IMG/VR virus record: IMGVR_UViG_3300000330_000030
Location: 1 to 6,155 of that record
Source of the DNA: a virus
DNA: 6,155 bases
Direction: 5' to 3' (one strand)
The notes beneath the pieces were generated by a model. That model saw only the letters and a list, made by a program, of their open reading frames with translations, made no database searches and had not been told where the DNA came from. This document shows positions 1-4,806 of the stretch, in pieces (the stretch's first letter is position 1; each line of letters opens with the position of its first letter). Both the position numbers and the translations under genes were made by a program.

Positions 1-54
1 AACATTCATATCACCAAGCAAGCGACGATATTTTTCCTGATTCAAGAGAATCTG
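1..54. repeat. Terminal direct repeat, copy 1 (identical to 6102-6155). It is the overlap of a circular genome assembly.
   Basis: I compared the two ends base by base. AACATTCATATCACCAAGCAAGCGACGATATTTTTCCTGATTCAAGAGAATCTG occurs at 1-54 and again at 6102-6155. A minus-strand reading frame stays open across the implied junction. Confidence 0.95.
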
Positions 55-207
55 AGTCATATCACATTGAATCAGATCACCGTCAGGAGTCTCATCATAC
101 ATGACCGGATCATAAACAGAAGCCTGATAGCACGGATTACCTTCCTTCAGCTCAGGAACATACGAACTCTTTTCAAAATTCTCATTTTTATACGCAAAAC
201 TTCTCAT
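1..207 (-). CDS. N-terminal part of a 147-aa protein whose frame crosses the circular junction and continues in 6101..5865. Possible internal scaffolding (VP3-like) protein.
   Basis: Hand translation of the minus strand from ATG 207..205, which lies 10 nt after the VP1 stop at 218-220. It gives MRSFAYKNENFEKSSYVPELKEGNPCYQASVYDPVMYDETPDGDLIQCDMTQILLNQEKYRRLLGDMNV..., in frame with the 5865..6146 ORF through the repeat. About 54% of third codon positions are T, the same bias as in VP1. An alternative upstream ATG at 234..232 would overlap the VP1 3' end; the in-frame stop is at 240..238. The functional label rests only on size, position next to VP2 and a DxNxNNIL-like segment, so it is weak. 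Confidence 0.7.
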   Translation of the reverse strand, partial: MRSFAYKNENFEKSSYVPELKEGNPCYQASVYDPVMYDETPDGDLIQCDMTQILLNQEKYRRLLGDMNV

Positions 208-217
208 AATCAATACA

Positions 218-1936
218 TTAATAAGGTAAACCATTTCTATCCAAATTCTGCACAGCATAAACTTGGAAATTAACATTACATAATAACTGGTCGTATGCAA
301 CAGAACAGTTCTGGCCTGAAACCTGAGGCTCAAAGATAGAGTTCAATTGCTGAGGACGAACCTTCATAGACTGATAAGACCAAGTACCAGAAGAGGTGAG
401 AATATCCCAACCATCAATAGGGGCAGACCAAGACTGGTAAGCCATGCCAGAGCGGAATGCAGCGTGAACAGTATCAATGTTAGATTTCCATTGCCAATAC
501 CGAAGGTTATAACCAAGAGAACCAGAAACGGTACGAGACGGGTTATTCTGTAAATTCAAAGCAGGGACAGGCTGCATACCTAACTGATCGAACGCAGGTT
601 GGGGGAAGTCGGTAATAGCCGTAACAGTCAACTGAGGGTTCTGACCTGTCAGATTCCAGTCAACCATAGGAACAGCATGATATACACACATAATTACCTG
701 ATGTTCGGCACCGCAGTCATAAGTCAGCGTATGGCCAGAAGCTGAACCTACACCTTTACCAGCGATTACGGCTTGAGAGTTATCAGCCTCTAAATTAGTA
801 TTCAGGACTTCGTTAATATTGATCACATTTGACCAACCTCCGATATAATGTGCATGATTGCCCATATATTCAGGAGCCTTAATACCGAATTGAGCAACCA
901 TCTGATCTGAATAGTCCTTGCTAGAGAATTGCACTACTTCTTTCCAACGCTGTAAGTATTCAGTTGCGCGGATTGAAAGAGCAGATAAATCTGAATTCAA
1001 AACAACATTACGAGGACTAGCAATACTAGAAACAGTCACATTAGAAGAACCATCGGCAACACGAAGGGGAGAAGACAAAGGAAGAGTAACAATACGATTA
1101 GAAGCAGCTCCACCCATGTCATAAGACGAAGGCAAAACAGCTACCGAACCATACTGAGAATTAGGAAGCATACCCATGAAATAGTCCTTCGGATAATTGG
1201 CATAACGGAGCTGGAGCATCTCAGGGGCAAGATTCAATTGCGATTTACCGTCCCAATAATCAACATTGTAAGCATAAGCCAGGTGCTTTTCCCATTGAGA
1301 TTCAGAGAAGAAGTCATAGTAGATCTTCTGATAAGCCAACAACGGAAGAAGATTGACAGTCTGGCTAGCACTATAAACCAAAGGATTATCAGCATCGGCA
1401 GTTTTATCTAGACCTAAATAGGCTTTGGTAATAAGATCTTTAGCGTCATTTGTGGAAGAGAGGAAAGAACCATATCCAAGCATATCCAATACCTTAGAAG
1501 CGCCATAAACATATGGCAAGCCAGCATCATCGAGGGTATCCTGAGTAACAATCGTCCGAAGACTCAATGACAACAAACTCAACGTTGTATTCGGTACAGA
1601 AGTCAACATCTCGGTGTTAGCAGTATTACTAGCAGCAGACGTCATATAATCCGTCATCTGAGTAAACGCCTGCGGAAGAGCACGAGAAATCAAGCGTAAC
1701 GGCACAGCGTAAAAGTCATAATACTCCTTAATACGGGTATATGCAGCCGTATTAACGGGAACAGTACGAGTAAACCAATCGGAAGAGATACGATACTTGT
1801 TGCCAGGAATAGCTATCTGCCAATAACAAGGAAGGATCTCTCCAACTTTTGCCGTAAATAACTTTTTGCTAGATAAGTCAAAGGAAGAGCGATGGACAGC
1901 AACTTTCGCTCGGTCTAGCGGATTAAAATCACTCAT
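218..1936 (-). CDS. VP1: Microviridae major capsid protein (VP1 / F-like)
   Basis: 572-aa ATG-initiated ORF. The N-terminus ...VHRSSFDLSSKKLFTAKVGEILPCYWQIAIPGNKYRISSDWFTRTVPVNTAAYTRIKEYYDFYAVPLRLI carries the conserved microvirus capsid signature (RSxFDLS ... GxLxP ... PG ... F/YxVPxR). Size is typical, and third-position T bias is strong in this frame. Confidence 0.95.
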   Translation of the reverse strand: MSDFNPLDRAKVAVHRSSFDLSSKKLFTAKVGEILPCYWQIAIPGNKYRISSDWFTRTVPVNTAAYTRIKEYYDFYAVPLRLISRALPQAFTQMTDYMTSAASNTANTEMLTSVPNTTLSLLSLSLRTIVTQDTLDDAGLPYVYGASKVLDMLGYGSFLSSTNDAKDLITKAYLGLDKTADADNPLVYSASQTVNLLPLLAYQKIYYDFFSESQWEKHLAYAYNVDYWDGKSQLNLAPEMLQLRYANYPKDYFMGMLPNSQYGSVAVLPSSYDMGGAASNRIVTLPLSSPLRVADGSSNVTVSSIASPRNVVLNSDLSALSIRATEYLQRWKEVVQFSSKDYSDQMVAQFGIKAPEYMGNHAHYIGGWSNVININEVLNTNLEADNSQAVIAGKGVGSASGHTLTYDCGAEHQVIMCVYHAVPMVDWNLTGQNPQLTVTAITDFPQPAFDQLGMQPVPALNLQNNPSRTVSGSLGYNLRYWQWKSNIDTVHAAFRSGMAYQSWSAPIDGWDILTSSGTWSYQSMKVRPQQLNSIFEPQVSGQNCSVAYDQLLCNVNFQVYAVQNLDRNGLPY

Positions 1937-1952
1937 AATTAATTAATTTAAA

Positions 1953-3767
1953 TTAGACCATACGGTTAAATATATCATTTGCATCATTCAATTTTTTATG
2001 CTTAATCATATTCCGACAGACGGTAGAAGCACGGAAATAAAGACATTTTTGTAAGTCGTCGAGCGACCCATTATCAAAGGCACTTCTTGTATCGGGTTTC
2101 GCAGATTTGAAGTAATTACAAGTCGCGAGAGATGGGATTCTGGGGTCATCAAACGGTACTCGTATTTGTTCTTTAATAGGACGAATAAATCCGTCTGCAT
2201 ATTCTCCGTCTTCACCGATACCAATGGTCGCCATCTCGCATCCTTCGGCTGGTACATAGAAATACCGAAACATAGGGGCAGGCAAAGTCTGTTGTATTCG
2301 CAACGAATCACACATTCGTACATAGTCCGCTTTCTTTTCATACTCTATGCCTTTTTTAATGATATAATTAATACGGGAGGTATAAATATACAAATCGTCG
2401 CCAATGCCAGGGAGATTCCAATTGCGGAGGAACTTAGAGACATAAAGGAATAGCCGATATAACTTATTAATAAAATATTCAACATCGACATCGCTAGAAC
2501 TGTTAACGAACCTAGTAAGGCACCTAGCATTATGTAGTACAATCTTATCATCATCAGTCAATATATGATTTAAAGTTATATATTTATAATAAGCACGCAC
2601 TATAGATAGAATAGAATTACTATCATAATCTACAATGCCGAAACGTGCGATTCTTTTTGGCGCTGATGCAACTGAGCAAATAACTCTATATATCGCAACA
2701 GCATCATCATAGCGAGCTCCTGAGAATCTGGGGAATAAGGAACGGATATACGATATGGGGGGAGTTGACTTGACAACGATTCCATTAAAATTATACTCTC
2801 GTCCATTAATGACCGAATCGATTTTTTGCTCAATTTGCGCATAGACATCTTCACCTTCATCAAATGTTTCACCTTTTTCAAAGAATCCGAGAGACGCTCT
2901 TGAGCGGGGTTTAAACGCACGGCATGAGCGATAAAGAGAGGGAGCAGAAGCCAAGCTGTTAACGTAACTCGCAACGTATGAAGCGCATCCACCGTTGGAA
3001 CGTTGGATATCTGAACGACCGAACTTCCAACTTTTATTATGACACTCTCGAAGGACATCGGCGATTTCCTGCGAGTTGAAGAATAGTAACAAATGGAAAT
3101 GTGGGCGGAAATGGACTGGGCCATACTCGCCAACAGCGTAAAATGATATCTTTTCATTAGTGTATTTATCTAAATGTCTACGTAAACGTTTAATATAATT
3201 CTGAACATCAACATAGTTCAGATAAGGGATAAGATTATTACCGTATCTACAGGAAAGTTCTCCATCTTTACCGTAAGGTGTAGCGGATTGCGTCTTATCA
3301 ATAAAGGAACGGATAGCATCCATAGAAAGAAACCAATTATCTTTAATCGGCTCATACTGACCTGATTCACGGTTATATGGAACTGTACCCTGTACCTGTG
3401 TAAAGTATATATGGCGCAATTGTTGTGAGTCTGTACAACAATATTTGGATATCGGAACAAACGAATGTTTTTCATAACCATAAACAACACCAGAATCGCT
3501 TAAAACATCATCATATTCAGAATAATATACCTCACAATTAAATAGAGGAATGTGTTCATTATCGTAGGTGAGCGTAACAAACCAACAATGCTTAAAGGCA
3601 CTTCCAGCGGTCTTCACACGCATGGACGCCTTTTGAGCTCGCTTGTGTATACAATAATCGCATTGACCGCAATCTATAGCGATACGCTTACCTGTATATC
3701 TGTTAGTAACGAACGAACGATGTTGACAATGGTCAGCAGCTTTAAGCAACTCTGGTGTATATTTCAT
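1953..3767 (-). CDS. VP4: Replication initiation protein (VP4 / A-like HUH rolling-circle endonuclease) with a long C-terminal extension
   Basis: 604-aa ORF. It has an N-terminal Cys cluster, CGQCDYCIHKR. RCR motif I is FVTLTY (3564-3581). The HUH motif is RPHFHLLLFF (HFHLLL at 3084-3101). The two-tyrosine motif is YVASYVNS (2955-2978), comparable to the YxxxY catalytic motif of phiX174 protein A. I verified each by back-translation. Its ATG overlaps the peptidase stop (ATGA at 3764-3767). Confidence 0.92.
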   Translation of the reverse strand: MKYTPELLKAADHCQHRSFVTNRYTGKRIAIDCGQCDYCIHKRAQKASMRVKTAGSAFKHCWFVTLTYDNEHIPLFNCEVYYSEYDDVLSDSGVVYGYEKHSFVPISKYCCTDSQQLRHIYFTQVQGTVPYNRESGQYEPIKDNWFLSMDAIRSFIDKTQSATPYGKDGELSCRYGNNLIPYLNYVDVQNYIKRLRRHLDKYTNEKISFYAVGEYGPVHFRPHFHLLLFFNSQEIADVLRECHNKSWKFGRSDIQRSNGGCASYVASYVNSLASAPSLYRSCRAFKPRSRASLGFFEKGETFDEGEDVYAQIEQKIDSVINGREYNFNGIVVKSTPPISYIRSLFPRFSGARYDDAVAIYRVICSVASAPKRIARFGIVDYDSNSILSIVRAYYKYITLNHILTDDDKIVLHNARCLTRFVNSSSDVDVEYFINKLYRLFLYVSKFLRNWNLPGIGDDLYIYTSRINYIIKKGIEYEKKADYVRMCDSLRIQQTLPAPMFRYFYVPAEGCEMATIGIGEDGEYADGFIRPIKEQIRVPFDDPRIPSLATCNYFKSAKPDTRSAFDNGSLDDLQKCLYFRASTVCRNMIKHKKLNDANDIFNRMV

Positions 3768-4060
3768 ACTCTTTTATCAATTAATTGATGACGATTTCTT
3801 GAACTAAAGGATATATGCATGAATCCATCATAAAGAATAAACTGGTCAAATGCAACATTATCCATAATATAAGTTACCAACTGGCTATAAGTTGTAGAAC
3901 CATAAGGCTTGAAGTCAATAGCTTCGCCTTTAAGATGCTGAGAATTAGGAGCTCCTCCAGCAGTTCTATTCTGAAAAACAGTCCGAAGCGCGCTCGTTAT
4001 TGTAAAATGGAAGTTAAGCTGTAGCAAATCATCCAAAAAAGACATAAGGGCAGGATTCAT
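3764..4060 (-). CDS. Zinc D-Ala-D-Ala carboxypeptidase-like peptidase (Peptidase_M15 / LAS-type cell-wall hydrolase); candidate endolysin or entry enzyme
   Basis: 98-aa ORF. SALRTVFQNRTAGGAPNSQHLKGEAIDFKP ... GFMHISF matches the M15 signature SxxR...N...GG...SxHxxGxAxD ... H. The predicted zinc ligands are H42 (3935-3937), D49 (3914-3916) and H82 (3815-3817), giving H-x6-D...H. There are ATGA overlaps at both ends (4057-4060 and 3764-3767). Confidence 0.85.
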   Translation of the reverse strand: MNPALMSFLDDLLQLNFHFTITSALRTVFQNRTAGGAPNSQHLKGEAIDFKPYGSTTYSQLVTYIMDNVAFDQFILYDGFMHISFSSRNRHQLIDKRV

Positions 4061-4143
4061 AGACCTATAGCATTAAGTATATAACCAAGAGCTGCACTAA
4101 CAGCTCCAATAATAATCTTCCAAATATTATTTTTAGTTGCCAT
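4057..4143 (-). CDS. 28-aa single-pass membrane peptide (MATKNNIWKIIIGAVSAALGYILNAIGL), translationally coupled to the peptidase; holin/spanin-like candidate
   Basis: ATG at 4143..4141, and the TGA stop overlaps the peptidase ATG (ATGA). It has a 22-residue hydrophobic stretch after a short polar N-terminus. 18 of 28 third codon positions are T (64%), matching the coding bias of this genome. This indicates the frame is the translated one in this segment. Confidence 0.55.
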   Translation of the reverse strand: MATKNNIWKIIIGAVSAALGYILNAIGL

Positions 4144-4330
4144 TTTGAGTTGTTTTAACAGGTTCGACGAATTGATTCTCTTCTTTAATAGAATCCACAA
4201 TAACAACAAGACCCAACGGAGAAATTCGCTCAGAATAATTTCCAAGGCCATCCAAAGAATTGACAATATAAGGCGCAATAACATCACGACCTGAATTTTT
4301 CTCCTTAATTGAAATAATAAATTTTTGCAT
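4133..4330 (-). CDS. Hypothetical 65-aa protein, first gene after the non-coding region
   Basis: ATG-initiated ORF MQKFIISIKEKNSGRDVIAPYIVNSLDGLGNYSERISPLGLVVIVDSIKEENQFVEPVKTTQNGN. 35 of 65 third positions are T (54%). The overlapping 93-aa frame scores about 19% T over the same stretch, so this is the primary coding frame. I recognise no motif. Confidence 0.7.
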   Translation of the reverse strand: MQKFIISIKEKNSGRDVIAPYIVNSLDGLGNYSERISPLGLVVIVDSIKEENQFVEPVKTTQNGN

Positions 4331-4477
4331 AATTCCAAATTTTAAACGTTAATAATACTGAGTTAGCTTCTACAGGGGACAAAGAAAAACATTATTTTTT
4401 ATATATGCAAAATTCTACGGATATTTTTTTAGGCATGGCCTTGTGTGAGTTCAACGTTTATAGACAAGGAAAGAGAG

Positions 4478-4500
4478 AAACTGAGAGGGTAACTCAGTTT
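4478..4500. other. Perfect 8-bp stem with 7-nt loop hairpin (AAACTGAG-AGGGTAA-CTCAGTTT)
   Basis: Seen directly: 4478-4485 is the exact reverse complement of 4493-4500. It is nested inside a 7-bp outer pairing, AGTTCAA (4448-4454) with TTGAACT (4511-4517). It is immediately followed by the mini-palindrome TGCGTTCGCA (4501-4510). Confidence 0.7.
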
Positions 4501-4521
4501 TGCGTTCGCATTGAACTAGGG

Positions 4522-4639
4522 GCTTCGCATGATTAAAAGTGGATGTAAACAAAGTGTATAGGCACGACAAGCCAATTAGTCTTGTCTTTGCGCACCGACG
4601 TGCTAAAGTACCGCTTCGCTTTAAGGTAGGTCGCTTCGC
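4522..4639 (-). repeat. Three copies of the heptamer GCGAAGC on the coding/packaged-sense strand (plus-strand GCTTCGC at 4522-4528, 4613-4619, 4633-4639)
   Basis: Exact matches read from the sequence. The last two sit in a repeated 9-mer, CGCTTCGCT (4612-4620 and 4632-4640), 20 nt apart. d(GCGAAGC) is known as an unusually stable DNA mini-hairpin. Confidence 0.85.
4541..4576. repeat. Bipartite direct repeat, copy 1 (GGATGTAAACAA - 10 nt - CACGACAAGCCAAT)
   Basis: The 12-mer at 4541-4552 is identical to 4716-4727. The second module at 4563-4576 matches 4743-4757 apart from one extra G in copy 2, and they share the exact 9-mer CAAGCCAAT. GACAAG (4566-4571) also pairs with CTTGTC (4581-4586) to form a 6-bp hairpin. 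Confidence 0.8.
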
Positions 4640-4715
4640 TCCATTTTTCGACCAGGCCCTACGCGGGCAGCGGGTGTATATCGCTCAAGCGCCGCGATGG
4701 GCTTTTAGTCCTGAA

Positions 4716-4757
4716 GGATGTAAACAAGAAAGGCCTACTCATCACGAGCAAGCCAAT
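4716..4757. repeat. Bipartite direct repeat, copy 2 (GGATGTAAACAA - 15 nt - CACGAGCAAGCCAAT)
   Basis: See copy 1. The 12-mers are exactly 175 nt apart, and together the two copies bracket the G+C-rich core. Confidence 0.8.
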
Positions 4758-4806
4758 CAAGAATAAACTAATAGACACAGAAGATAAAAAAACTACTTAC
4801 TATATA

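Larger units (their letters stand above)
4339..4806. other. Large non-coding region. It has an AT-rich part (about 4339-4436, next to the 65-aa ORF start) plus a G+C-rich structured island (about 4437-4760). Candidate origin or regulatory region.
   Basis: No minus-strand ORF longer than 27 aa is present. I counted 66 G+C in 4591-4700 (60%), versus 22/60 (37%) in 1-60 and visibly AT-rich sequence at 4339-4436. The region contains the hairpins, mini-hairpin motifs and direct repeats listed separately. Confidence 0.8.

Noticed and set aside
1-54. Terminal repeat as a biological feature (cos site, ITR or LTR)
   Set aside because: It is a direct, exact repeat at the extreme ends with a gene reading through it. 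This is the usual signature of a circular contig, and Microviridae genomes are circular.
4339-4436. Bacteroidetes-type promoter (TTTG / TAnnTTTG) upstream of the 65-aa ORF
   Set aside because: On the minus strand I found only near-matches with one extra base (TAGAATTTTG and TAAAATTTG) and no exact TAnnTTTG. The region is AT-rich and plausibly promoter-bearing, but I cannot place the elements.
4478-4500. The 8-bp hairpin as a classical rho-independent terminator for the VP2 transcript
   Set aside because: The stem is A/T-rich at its base. On the coding strand it is followed by CTCTCTTTCC rather than a clean U-tract. It could still attenuate transcription, but the sequence alone does not support the call.
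4448-4517. tRNA-like T-loop sequences (GAGTTCAACG and TTGAACTAGG)
   Set aside because: The flanks do not form a 5-bp T-stem and no cloverleaf can be drawn. The two segments instead pair with each other as a simple 7-bp stem.
4659-4742. 27-aa mildly basic minus-strand ORF (MSRPFLFTSFRTKSPSRRLSDIHPLPA), considered as a J/VP8-like DNA-binding peptide
   Set aside because: It is far less basic than known J proteins, very short, sits inside strongly pairing sequence, and has no supporting signal.
4650-4747. Hammerhead-ribozyme-like elements on the minus strand (GUGAUGAG ... CGAAA)
   Set aside because: The core begins with G instead of the invariant C (CUGAUGA). The putative stem II would be about 90 nt with mismatches at its base, and no convincing stems I or III or cleavage triplet were found.
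4541-4757. CRISPR-like array
   Set aside because: There are only two imperfect, bipartite copies with a 175-nt period. There is no regular repeat-spacer structure and no cas genes.
4539-4766. 75-aa Arg-rich plus-strand ORF filling the G+C-rich island, starting in repeat copy 1 and ending just after copy 2
   Set aside because: It has a GTG start and lies on the strand opposite to all other genes. Third-position T is only 24/75 (32%), versus 54-64% in the genes I counted. High G+C by itself removes stop codons. It is not fully excluded, and a homology search would settle it.
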